Of a stretch of 16,564 nucleotides of DNA, positions 1 to 8,278 are shown in pieces. Positions within the stretch are counted from its first letter, which is position 1; each line of letters opens with the position of its first letter. Below the pieces are notes generated by a model that made no database searches, had not been told where the DNA came from, and saw only the letters and a program-made list of their open reading frames with translations. The translations under genes were made by a program, and so were the position numbers. Source of the stretch: Vulcanimicrobiaceae bacterium. GTDB lineage: Bacteria; Vulcanimicrobiota; Vulcanimicrobiia; Vulcanimicrobiales; Vulcanimicrobiaceae. The DNA is taken from NCBI GenBank assembly GCA_046262595.1, contig JBHEMM010000006.1, positions 13,085-29,648 on the forward strand. Reading direction: 5' to 3'.

Positions 1-648
1 CCTCGTAGCGGTCCTCCGGGAGCAGGTCGCCGCGGTAGAGGTCGATCGCCTCTGCATAGGCCTCCGGATCGCCGGTTCGACGGGCGCGTTCAATCCCGCC
101 GCTGCGAACGCTTGCGCGAGCGCCATGATCCGCGCCGTCGAGGAGCCGTCCAGCTCCCCCAGCGGGTAGAGCATCCCACCGCTTTGCGCCACCACACCGG
201 GCGCGGCGATGTGCCCCGATGCGTGCACCACGCCGCCGATAATGCGCCCCGGCGGTATCGCGTGCTGCAGCACGCCGCCCGGATCGACCGCTTCGATTGC
301 GTAGCTGGACGAATACCAAAACGGCATGCCGTTCTGCAGCGTCACGATCGTAGCGCCCTGCTCCAATGCAGCCTGGAGCTGCTCAAGCATACCTTCCCAC
401 TGATGCGATTTGAAGGTGAGCAGCACGTATTCGGCCGGCGGCAGCTCGCGCAGATCGCGCGCCGCCTGCACCGGCGCTTCGAAGGCGCCCAAGTCGCTCG
501 AAGCAACGCTGATGGAACCGCTCGCGCGCATCGCTGCTAAGTGCGCGCCGCGAGCCACGACGGCGACCCGGTTGCCCGAACGCGCGAGTGCGGCGGCGAT
601 AAAGCCGCCGATTGCGCCGGCGCCGACTACAGCGACTGTGAAGTGCAT
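1..648 (-). CDS. panE: 2-dehydropantoate 2-reductase (ketopantoate reductase, ApbA/PanE family), 3'-partial
   Basis: Not in the ORF track because it runs off the window edge. Manual translation from ATG 648: MHFTVAVVGAGAIGGFIAAALARSGNRVAVVARGAHLAAM...LTFKSHQW...IVTLQNGMPFW...GRIIGGVVH...LGELDG. Rossmann GxGxxG, ARGAHL and LQNG motifs are present. Homology is lost below about nt 63. Confidence 0.88.
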   Translation of the reverse strand, partial: MHFTVAVVGAGAIGGFIAAALARSGNRVAVVARGAHLAAMRASGSISVASSDLGAFEAPVQAARDLRELPPAEYVLLTFKSHQWEGMLEQLQAALEQGATIVTLQNGMPFWYSSSYAIEAVDPGGVLQHAIPPGRIIGGVVHASGHIAAPGVVAQSGGMLYPLGELDGSSTARIMALAQAFAAAGLNAPVEPAIRRPMQRRSTSTAATCSRRTATR

Positions 649-662
649 CCTTTAAACTTTCA

Positions 663-734
663 AGGCGACGGGCAGATTCGAACTGCCGAATGGAGCTTTT
701 GCAGAGCTCTGCCTTACCACTTGGCTACGTCGCC
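663..734 (-). tRNA. tRNA-Cys(GCA), no encoded CCA
   Basis: Reverse complement GGCGACGTAGCCAAGTGGTAAGGCAGAGCTCTGCAAAAGCTCCATTCGGCAGTTCGAATCTGCCCGTCGCCT. Cloverleaf with anticodon loop CTGCAAA, T-loop TTCGAAT and a U discriminator. Confidence 0.96.
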
Positions 735-742
735 CCGAACAC

Positions 743-813
743 AGCGGGTGGCGGGAATCGAACCCGCGCATCAACCTTGGGAAGGTCGCAGGCTGCCATT
801 ACATCACACCCGC
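743..813 (-). tRNA. tRNA-Gly(CCC), no encoded CCA
   Basis: Reverse complement GCGGGTGTGATGTAATGGCAGCCTGCGACCTTCCCAAGGTTGATGCGCGGGTTCGATTCCCGCCACCCGCT. Anticodon loop TTCCCAA, T-loop TTCGATT. Confidence 0.96.
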
Positions 814-905
814 CCGAGTGCGCGAGGCCCTGCGTTCTCCCCTTCCGCCATCCGGACCTACAACGCCAACCCGGAGCGCAGGGTTGCGAGGGCGAACCAA
901 GCGTC

Positions 906-1700
906 GTGGTTTGGATATACAGCCTTCCGGCGTGGATCGTTATGCCGCTTATCGTCGTGGTGTTCTGTACCGTATCGGGCGCCGTTTTGCACGTTGTACG
1001 GACGTACTTCTCACGCAACGCCGTCATCCAGCACAACGACGTTGCGGGCCCCATACTCGCGACAATAGGAACGGTGCTTGCCGTCATGCTTTCGTTCATG
1101 GTCGCCGGTGTGTGGCAGCAGTATGACGCCGCCGCACAGACGGCGCAAACGGAGGCGAGTGCGATCTCCGATCTGCATCATTTGGCAGATGGTTTTCCCG
1201 CGAACGAGAAAGCGCGGATCCATCGCGAGATCGACCGCTATGCGCGCCTCGTCGTGACCGATGAGTGGCCGCTGATGCGGCACGGACGGTCCAGCGCCCG
1301 CGCCCACGATGCGGCATACGCCGTACAGACAACGCTGATCGCCTATTGGCCGAAAGACGCGGAACAGCAGGGCCTGCAGGCGCGCGGATTGGATTTGGCG
1401 ACCGTGATGCTCGATGCGCGCCGCAACCGGATCATGGCGAACCGCGAAGGCATCCCCATGGTGCTTTGGGCGACGATGCTCGTCCTCGGCGCCGTCACGA
1501 TTGCCTTTTCATTTTATTTCCGCGTGGACAGTGCGCGCGCGCATTATATTATGACGGTCGCGCTTGCCGGCGTCATCGCCATCACGTTCGCGCTTATTGC
1601 CGAACTCGACTACCCGTTCCGCGGCGATGTCGCCGTTTCACCGGGCGCGTTCAACGAGGTGATGCATGTCCTGCACCCGCACGGCGGCATGCAGGACTAA
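906..1700 (+). CDS. DUF4239-like (bestrophin-like) membrane protein
   Basis: Likely GTG start at 906, since the longer ORF from 690 overlaps the tRNAs. Four hydrophobic segments and family motifs HNDVAG, EASAISDL, VVTDEWPLM and ELDYPFRGDVAVSP. Confidence 0.75.
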   Translation: MVWIYSLPAWIVMPLIVVVFCTVSGAVLHVVRTYFSRNAVIQHNDVAGPILATIGTVLAVMLSFMVAGVWQQYDAAAQTAQTEASAISDLHHLADGFPANEKARIHREIDRYARLVVTDEWPLMRHGRSSARAHDAAYAVQTTLIAYWPKDAEQQGLQARGLDLATVMLDARRNRIMANREGIPMVLWATMLVLGAVTIAFSFYFRVDSARAHYIMTVALAGVIAITFALIAELDYPFRGDVAVSPGAFNEVMHVLHPHGGMQD

Positions 1701-2371
1701 CTTCCTAAAATATTGATGGCGCGCCCGGCAATCAGCGCGATCGTCACCAGCGAGGTGGCCGCCTGGGCCATCATCAGCACTTTTGCGCCGTGCGTGAGCG
1801 GGAACGTGTCGGTGGGGCTGAACGCGGTCGCATTGGTGAACGAAAGAAACACGTAGTCCAGAAACCTCGGGCGGAAGTCGAGGCGAGCCTGCACGTCTTT
1901 GTCCAAAATCTGCTGCGGAAAAAGAAAGTCGGCGCGTAGCGTACGTTGGGAGAGATCCGCATGCGCGCGCAGATCGGGTCCCCGGCCGTCGATCTCCCAA
2001 AACCAAAGCGCGTAAACGATGAGATTCGTCACCCAGATGTTCACGGCGGCGAGCAGCAGCTGCTCCCCTGAAAGATTGCGGTGATGCGGCGCGGCGAGCT
2101 GCCAGATAAACAGCATGACGATCGTCGCCACATTGAATGCATTGAGCAGCGCCACGCTGCCGATCGACATCCAGCGCTGCCATGACGTTTCCTCATGCCG
2201 GTGCGGCGAGAGAATCATCAGCGGCACCAGCATGAGCAGCACCAATAACGGCAAGAGCCAAAGCGGCCCCACGATGACGCGCGGCGGCAGTAAGAGGTAC
2301 AACCCGAGCGCAACGGCGACGGCAATGCCGGCGTGCCAGCGCGGTTCTTCGTCTTTGGCCGACTTGCGCAT
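1697..2371 (-). CDS. DUF1345-like membrane protein
   Basis: Multi-TM protein with FWEIDGRGP, DFLFPQ and PRFLDYVFLSFTNATAFSPTDTFPLT motifs. Confidence 0.75.
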   Translation of the reverse strand: MRKSAKDEEPRWHAGIAVAVALGLYLLLPPRVIVGPLWLLPLLVLLMLVPLMILSPHRHEETSWQRWMSIGSVALLNAFNVATIVMLFIWQLAAPHHRNLSGEQLLLAAVNIWVTNLIVYALWFWEIDGRGPDLRAHADLSQRTLRADFLFPQQILDKDVQARLDFRPRFLDYVFLSFTNATAFSPTDTFPLTHGAKVLMMAQAATSLVTIALIAGRAINILGS

Positions 2372-2432
2372 GCCCGTACGTTAGCCCGGCGGCGCACGCA
2401 TCCTCCGGCGCCGGCGCGCGGTTATACGTCAC

Positions 2433-2789
2433 ATGGCTACCGATTTTCGCGACGGCAAAACGTTTCCGCGCCCCGGGCGCACGGCGCTCGCGGGCGTCCT
2501 GTGGCTCGCGCGTCTGTTCGACAAAGCGCGCGCCGCAAAGAACGGCACGATCTTCGACTACATCTACCCTTGCCCAATGGACGAAGGGATTATGTCCCGC
2601 TGGGGTGTCCGGCCCGACGATTTCGACGCGGCAATCGCGCAGAACGAAACGGACGATGCAATCCTCGGGTGGCTGCAAGAGCGCGTGACGCGCGATCGCA
2701 TCGAAGAGGCAAACCGCTGGCTGCTTGACGAGAAATCGTCCAACCTCGATCGGCAAGACGCGGAGGAGCGGCTGCACGCCGCCGGTTAA
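2433..2789 (+). CDS. DUF5069-like protein
   Basis: PRPGR..LAGVLWLARLFDKARA...DYIYPCPMD matches the family pattern. Confidence 0.7.
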   Translation: MATDFRDGKTFPRPGRTALAGVLWLARLFDKARAAKNGTIFDYIYPCPMDEGIMSRWGVRPDDFDAAIAQNETDDAILGWLQERVTRDRIEEANRWLLDEKSSNLDRQDAEERLHAAG

Positions 2790-2798
2790 GCACCCGGC

Positions 2799-3494
2799 AT
2801 GGGAGAGATGACGGAGATCGCGCGACCTGACGGCGGACGCGTCCCGGTTTATGCGGCGCACCCGCAGAGTGGCGGTTCAGCGCCGGGTATCGTCGTGGTC
2901 CAAGAATGGTGGGGCCTGATCGACGAGATCAAGGGCAGGGCGGACGCTCTGGCCGCCTGCGGTTTTCGCGCCGTCGTGCCCGACCTGTTCCGCGGCCGCA
3001 AAGCGGCCGTTGGCGGTGAAGCGAATCACCTGATGGAAGGGCTGAACTTTCAGGACGCTTTTTCGCAAGACGTGCGCGGCGCGCTGCTTCATTTAAAGAA
3101 CGACGGCGCAAAGGCCGGCGTGCTGGGATACTGCATGGGCGGCGCGCTCGCCCTGCTTGCAGCGATGCACGTGCCTGAAGATGACGCGTCCGTGGTGTTT
3201 TACGGCATGCCGCCGGCGCAGGCCGGGGATCCCGGAGCGATCAAGATTCCGGTGCAACTGCACTTCGGCACGGCGGATGAGTTCTATGCGCGCGACGCGG
3301 TCGAACGGCTCGAGGGAAATCTGAAGGCAGGCGGCGTGCCGTACGAGATGCATTGGTATGAAGGCGCCGGTCACGGCTTCTGCAATCCAAACCAGCCTGG
3401 GGAGTCGGGATTGGGAAACTACGACGGAAAAGCGGCGCGTCTTGCATGGGAACGCACGGTAGCGTTTCTTACTCGAACTTTGTCCCCGCGTTGA
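2799..3494 (+). CDS. Dienelactone hydrolase family protein
   Basis: VVVQEWWGL, PDLFRG, nucleophile elbow GYCMGG, FYG, YEGAGHGF (catalytic His). Confidence 0.92.
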   Translation: MGEMTEIARPDGGRVPVYAAHPQSGGSAPGIVVVQEWWGLIDEIKGRADALAACGFRAVVPDLFRGRKAAVGGEANHLMEGLNFQDAFSQDVRGALLHLKNDGAKAGVLGYCMGGALALLAAMHVPEDDASVVFYGMPPAQAGDPGAIKIPVQLHFGTADEFYARDAVERLEGNLKAGGVPYEMHWYEGAGHGFCNPNQPGESGLGNYDGKAARLAWERTVAFLTRTLSPR

Positions 3495-4272
3495 CGGGCG
3501 CCGAACGCATCGCGCCTTGCTCTAAACCCCATTTGCGCAACAGGCGGTCGTATCGTCCATCGGCGATCAGCGCTTTCAGCGCCGTTTGCACGCGATCGCG
3601 CAGCGCGGCGTTGTGCTTCGAAACGGCGATGCCGTAACGCACGACGTTGAACTGTGAGCCTGCGACCGCATAGGCGCGTCCGCCTCCCACCGTGCGTGCA
3701 AGGTGCACGACGACGGGGTAATCAGAGATGTGGGCGACCGTCTCGCGGGCGTGGAAGTGGTTGAGCGCCTCGCCGTCGGTAGCGTACGCATGCACGTCGA
3801 TGCCTTTAAGACCCGCACGTACGCATTTTTTCGACTGCGCCGCCGCGGCCGACTCCTGCGAAGTGCCGCGCTGCAGATCGACGCTCATGCCGCAAAGGCT
3901 CGCCAGATTAAAGATATGGCGCGGATTGCCCGCACGCACGAGAATACCGCTGCCTGCCAAGAAGTAATCGATGAAGTCCACTTGCTGCGAACGTTTGCGC
4001 GTATCGGAGATAGCGGAGATCGCAAGGTCGTACCGCCCGGCGTTCACCGACTCGAGCAAATCGTTGAAATCGTGGTTGCGGAAGTCCGCACGCGTGCCCA
4101 TCTGCGCTGCAAGGGCGGCAGTTAAGTCATAGTCGAAGCCTTGAACCGCTTTGGAATGCGTTGCATAAAACTCCAGCGGCGCATAAGAAATGTCGGATCC
4201 GACGCGCAGCGCGGAGGCTGCCGCGGCGGCCGGGATAAGCGCAAAGAGCAGCGCGGCAATACGAACGAGCAT
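3469..4272 (-). CDS. Polar amino-acid ABC transporter substrate-binding protein (SBP_bac_3)
   Basis: ATG 4272 with signal peptide MLVRIAALLFALIPAAAAASA. Motifs LRVGSDISYAPLEF, GFDYDL, SAISDTRKRSQQVDFIDYF, YGIAVSK and DGRYDRLLRKWGL. Confidence 0.9.
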   Translation of the reverse strand: MLVRIAALLFALIPAAAAASALRVGSDISYAPLEFYATHSKAVQGFDYDLTAALAAQMGTRADFRNHDFNDLLESVNAGRYDLAISAISDTRKRSQQVDFIDYFLAGSGILVRAGNPRHIFNLASLCGMSVDLQRGTSQESAAAAQSKKCVRAGLKGIDVHAYATDGEALNHFHARETVAHISDYPVVVHLARTVGGGRAYAVAGSQFNVVRYGIAVSKHNAALRDRVQTALKALIADGRYDRLLRKWGLEQGAMRSAPVNAGTKFE

Positions 4273-4311
4273 AAACCTAGTATCGGCCGCAAGGGCCGCC
4301 GGATTAGTGCA

Positions 4312-5355
4312 ATGAAGCTCGCCGCGGTGCAGGATCTTCCGTTTCTTCAGGCGTGCCGCCGGGAACGCACGCCGTTCACACCGGTCTGGCTGATGCGGCA
4401 AGCCGGGCGGTACCTGCCCGAATACCGCCGCGTACGCGATCGTTATTCGTTTTTGGAGCTCTGCAGCGACTCGAGCGCTGCCGCTGAGGTCACCGTCAAC
4501 ACCGTGCGGCGGTTAGGCGTCGATGCGGCAATCATTTTCGCCGATATTCTGCTGCCGCTGGTACCGATGGGTTTGGGACTGCGCTACGACAAAGGGGAGG
4601 GACCGCGCATCGAACGTCCGGTTCGAACGCCGGCCGACGTTGAAGCCATACCGCCGGTCGACGTTCGCGAGCCGCTCGCCTTCGTCGCGCGAACCGTTCG
4701 GCTCGTGCGAGCCGAACTCGAAGGAAAAACTCCCGTCATCGGCTTCGCCGGCGCGCCTTTTACCGTCGCGTCGTACGCGATCGAAGGCGCGGGTTCGAAA
4801 AACTATTTGGCCACAAAAACGCTCATGCACGGCGATCCGAAGACTTGGCACGCGTTCATGGAGCGCATCAGCTCGCTCACCGCGGATTACCTCAACATGC
4901 AGATCGACGCCGGCGCACACGCGGTGCAGCTTTTCGACAGCTGGGTGGGAACGCTTTCGCCGCAGCAATACCGCACGTTCGTGCAGCCGCATTCACGCGC
5001 GGTTATCGCCGCGCTGCGCCCGGGAACGCCCGTGCTGCACTTCGGCACGATGACGGGAAGCCTGCTGTGCGACATGCGGGATGCCGGCGGCGACGTCATT
5101 GGACTTGACTGGCGCGTCGAATTGGACGAAGCATGGGAACGGCTCGGCCCGAACGTCGGCGTGCAGGGCAACTTCGATCCGGCGCTTCTCTTTACCGACG
5201 CGGAAACGATCCGCACCGGCGCGCGCGACATTCTACGTCGCGCGAACCGCCGGCCCGGCCACATCTTCAATCTCGGCCACGGCATCTTGCCGCAGACGCC
5301 CGTTGATAACGTGCTCGCGCTCATCGACGCCGTGCACGCGATAAGCCGCGCGTGA
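4312..5355 (+). CDS. hemE: Uroporphyrinogen decarboxylase
   Basis: PVWLMRQAGRYLPEY, DAAIIFADIL, IGFAGAPFTVASY, QLFDSW, HIFNLGHGI. ATG at 4312. Confidence 0.97.
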   Translation: MKLAAVQDLPFLQACRRERTPFTPVWLMRQAGRYLPEYRRVRDRYSFLELCSDSSAAAEVTVNTVRRLGVDAAIIFADILLPLVPMGLGLRYDKGEGPRIERPVRTPADVEAIPPVDVREPLAFVARTVRLVRAELEGKTPVIGFAGAPFTVASYAIEGAGSKNYLATKTLMHGDPKTWHAFMERISSLTADYLNMQIDAGAHAVQLFDSWVGTLSPQQYRTFVQPHSRAVIAALRPGTPVLHFGTMTGSLLCDMRDAGGDVIGLDWRVELDEAWERLGPNVGVQGNFDPALLFTDAETIRTGARDILRRANRRPGHIFNLGHGILPQTPVDNVLALIDAVHAISRA

Positions 5356-6230
5356 AACAGGTGACGCTGCTGGGATTCGGCGGCCCTGAAACACCGAAAG
5401 ACGTGCGGCCGTTTCTGGATCGCATCGTTGCCGGCCGCCCGATACCGCCCCAGCGGTACGAACAAGTCGTCGACCATTACCGCGTCATCGGTGGTGCTTC
5501 GCCGTTCAACGAACTGACACGGCGGCAAGCAAACGCGCTGCAAGCGGAGTTGGAGGCGCGCGGCGCGGCGCTTCCCGTGAGCGTCGCATACCGTTTCAGC
5601 GAGCCGTTTATCGCGGATGCGGCGCGAGCCGCGAACGCGCGCGGTGATGAAATCATCGCCGTCATCTTAGCCGCGCATCAGAGCGGCACGAGTTGGGACA
5701 AGTACGTCGAGCTGTTTCCGCGCGCGCGCTTTACGCAGCCGTTCTACGACAAGCCGGGATTCGTGCAAGCGAACGCGGCGCGGATTCACGATGCGCTCAC
5801 AGCGCTCGGCCGAAGCGACTTCTCGCAGACCACACTTATTTTCACCGCGCACAGCATCCCGCAAGCGATGGCGCACCGCAGCGGGTACGAGGCGCAACTG
5901 CAGCGCTCGGCGCAGCTCGCGGCGCGCGCGGCTGGCGCAACCGCGTACGAGATCGCGTACACCAGCCGGAGCGGGCCGCCGGCCGAACCGTGGCTCGAGC
6001 CGGACGTGCGCGATCTGCTGCCCGTACTTTCCGCGCGCGGCGTACGAGAAGTTCTCGTGGACCCGATCGGCTTTTTATGCGACCACGTCGAGGTGCTTTA
6101 CGACTTGGACATCGGCGCGGCCGCTGTAGCGAATCGTTTGAATATGCGCCTATCGCGCGCAAGGGCGCTGAACGATCATCCCACGTTCATCGGCGCCCTT
6201 GCCGACGCCGTTCAAGCGTGCCTCGGGTAG
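5352..6230 (+). CDS. hemH: Ferrochelatase (likely coproporphyrin ferrochelatase CpfC)
   Basis: LLGFGGPE, HY..IGGASP, FTAHSIP, YTSRSGP...PWLEPD, PIGFLCDHVEVLYDLD. GTGA overlap with the hemE stop. Confidence 0.95.
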   Translation: MKQVTLLGFGGPETPKDVRPFLDRIVAGRPIPPQRYEQVVDHYRVIGGASPFNELTRRQANALQAELEARGAALPVSVAYRFSEPFIADAARAANARGDEIIAVILAAHQSGTSWDKYVELFPRARFTQPFYDKPGFVQANAARIHDALTALGRSDFSQTTLIFTAHSIPQAMAHRSGYEAQLQRSAQLAARAAGATAYEIAYTSRSGPPAEPWLEPDVRDLLPVLSARGVREVLVDPIGFLCDHVEVLYDLDIGAAAVANRLNMRLSRARALNDHPTFIGALADAVQACLG

Positions 6231-7612
6231 CCGTTCTCGGCGGCGGCATCAGCGGGCTCATAGCGGCGCACCGGCTGCAAGAACTCGCCCAAGAGAGCGG
6301 CATGGCACTCGAGATCGCCGTCTACGAGCGCGATGCACAGGCCGGAGGCTGCCTGCGCACCGTGCGCGAGAACGGCCTCGTCATGGAACTGGGCGCGGAT
6401 TCGCTGCTGATAGGGAAGCCCGCGGCATCAGGGCTCATCGAACACCTGCGCCTGGCCGCGGAAATCGTCGAAATGCAGCCGCAGTACCGCGGCGCGCGTC
6501 TTCTGCACGGCAACCGCTTGCGCCCGATACCCAGAGATTTTCGTCTGTTCGCTCCGCGCTCGCTTCCGGCGCTGCTGCGCAGCGGCATTTTCTCGCCGGC
6601 CGGCGTGGCGCGCGCCGCACTCGAACCGTTTGTGCCCGCGCGAAAAGAGACGAGTGATGAAAGTTTAGCTTCGTTTGTCGCGCGCCGCTTCGGGCGCGAA
6701 GTCCTCGAGCGGCTCGCGCAGCCGCTTGTCGGCGGCATCTACTGCGCCGATCCGCGACGCCTCTCGATGCAGACGGCGCTGCCGCAGTTCGTGGAACTGG
6801 AGCAACGGTACGGGAGTGTCGTGCGCGGACTTACGCACGTTTCCCGGGATCCGCAGGCAAACCGGCTCGTGAGTTTGCGCGGCGGCATGGCCGCCCTGAT
6901 ACACGCTCTCATGCAGCGCTTGGACGGCGTCGTGTACACCGGCGTTGCCGTGGAACATATCGAACGCACGGCCGATGGATGGAACGTACGCCTTGCCGGC
7001 GGCAGATCGGATCGCGCCGATGCGATCGTTTGCGCCCTGCAAGCGCCGGCCGCGGCCGCGCTGCTGCGTCCGGTTGATGCCGGCATCGCGCGCCTGCTCG
7101 AACAGATCCGCTGCAACTCGGTCGCAACCATCAATCTCGTCTACGATGGCGCATCGGTGCGTCTGCCGCCGGCCACCGGCTTCGTCGTGCCGTTCACCGA
7201 AGGGCGCCGCATCGTCGCCGCAACGTTCAGCTCGCAAAAGTATCCGCACCGCAGCAGCCCTGACGAAGTGCTGGTGCGCGTCTTTGCCGGCGGGGCGCTT
7301 CAAGAAAACGTTTTGCAGACGTCCGATGAAGGGCTCGCGCGGCTCGCGCATACGGAGCTGTGTGCGGTTCTGCCGGTGCGCCAAGCACCAAAGCGCTCGC
7401 TCGTGACCCGCTGGAGCGCCGTCTTGCCTGAATATGCGCCCGGGCACCAGACGACGATGCAGGTCCTTCTTGCCAGGTCCCGTGCCATTCCGGGCATCAA
7501 CTTCGCCGGCTGTGCCTACAGCGGCGTTGGCATCCCCGATTGTGTCGCCGGCGCGCAGGCCGCCGCCGGGTCGGTTTTTGGGTATATCAGAGCCCGAAAG
7601 GAGCTTAACTAA
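6218..7612 (+). CDS. hemY: Protoporphyrinogen/coproporphyrinogen oxidase, HemY type
   Basis: GTG 6218. VAVLGGGISGL FAD motif, ELGADSL, DESLASFVARRFGRE, QPLVGGIY, GVGIPDCV. Confidence 0.93.
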   Translation: MPRVAVLGGGISGLIAAHRLQELAQESGMALEIAVYERDAQAGGCLRTVRENGLVMELGADSLLIGKPAASGLIEHLRLAAEIVEMQPQYRGARLLHGNRLRPIPRDFRLFAPRSLPALLRSGIFSPAGVARAALEPFVPARKETSDESLASFVARRFGREVLERLAQPLVGGIYCADPRRLSMQTALPQFVELEQRYGSVVRGLTHVSRDPQANRLVSLRGGMAALIHALMQRLDGVVYTGVAVEHIERTADGWNVRLAGGRSDRADAIVCALQAPAAAALLRPVDAGIARLLEQIRCNSVATINLVYDGASVRLPPATGFVVPFTEGRRIVAATFSSQKYPHRSSPDEVLVRVFAGGALQENVLQTSDEGLARLAHTELCAVLPVRQAPKRSLVTRWSAVLPEYAPGHQTTMQVLLARSRAIPGINFAGCAYSGVGIPDCVAGAQAAAGSVFGYIRARKELN

Positions 7613-7615
7613 CCT

Positions 7616-8176
7616 ATGCGTTTTTTTATCGCCGCCCTGGCTCTGGCGGTTTCATCCCTCACGATTTCGCCGCTTACGGCGAGCGCCGCCCCGATGGCGG
7701 GCGCGCAATATGCGGGCGTCCTCACGACACCGGTTGACAGTCGCACGGGCTACGTCGGCGAACGCGTGACGATTACGCACGTCTATTCCGAAGGCAACCA
7801 AATCACCGGCGCCACGATGTACGGAACCGTTACGCACGTCGTTCACGCGGGCCAAGGGCGCCCTGGACAGATCCAACTCACGTTTACCCGGATGGTGCTG
7901 CGAGACGGCAGCTCTTATGCCATTGACGGCATCGTCACGGGCATGCAGGCGATCACGAAGAACAATGCGCTCAAGGAAGCGGGCGGTGCCGTTGCCGGTA
8001 TGTTGATCGGCAACATGCTCGGCAAGACGATCTTCCACGCGAGCGGCGGCGGCTTCTTAGGCGCTGCGGGCGGTTTCTTGGCCGCCAAGAACAACCGCCA
8101 GGATGTTACGGTCTCCCGCGGCACCACGGTGCGCGTGACCCTGCGTTCGGTCCGCCGTCAAACCCGGCGCTACTAA
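7616..8176 (+). CDS. Secreted hypothetical protein with glycine-zipper segment (VirB10/TrbI-like beta fold possible)
   Basis: Signal peptide, beta-rich core (GATMYGTVTHVVHAGQGRPGQIQLTF), GGAVAGMLIGNMLG...GGFLGAAGG, then DVTVSRGTTVRVTL. Confidence 0.7.
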   Translation: MRFFIAALALAVSSLTISPLTASAAPMAGAQYAGVLTTPVDSRTGYVGERVTITHVYSEGNQITGATMYGTVTHVVHAGQGRPGQIQLTFTRMVLRDGSSYAIDGIVTGMQAITKNNALKEAGGAVAGMLIGNMLGKTIFHASGGGFLGAAGGFLAAKNNRQDVTVSRGTTVRVTLRSVRRQTRRY

Positions 8177-8202
8177 GCGCTAGCGGTCCTTAGACCGCAG
8201 AA

Positions 8203-8278
8203 CACGCAGCAGCGCTGCATTGACCTCTTTCGATTCACCTGATAACATCGAAGTATGTCAATGCAGCGCTGCTGCGTG
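8203..8278. repeat. Perfect 22-bp inverted repeat with a 32-nt spacer
   Basis: CACGCAGCAGCGCTGCATTGAC (8203-8224) is the exact reverse complement of GTCAATGCAGCGCTGCTGCGTG (8257-8278). Confidence 0.95.
8220..8255 (+). promoter_or_regulatory. Sigma70-type promoter for a leaderless arsR transcript, with a putative ArsR operator
   Basis: TTGACC(8220-8225)-17 nt-TAACAT(8243-8248)-6 nt-ATG(8255). The inner palindrome TTCGAT-N12-ATCGAA (8229-8252) overlaps the promoter. Confidence 0.7.

Noticed and set aside
112..655. Plus-strand ORFs 112-540 and 410-655
   Set aside because: They are shadows of the minus-strand ketopantoate reductase.
690..905. N-terminal extension of ORF 690-1700
   Set aside because: It is antisense to two tRNA genes, and the membrane-protein character begins at GTG 906.
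5693..6217. Long N-terminal extension of hemY suggesting a fusion
   Set aside because: It is an alternate frame of hemH. The FAD motif begins right after GTG 6218.
8203..8278. Inverted repeat as a MITE, CRISPR repeat or intrinsic terminator
   Set aside because: It is single-copy, with no clear target-site duplication and no U-tract, and the right arm is coding sequence.
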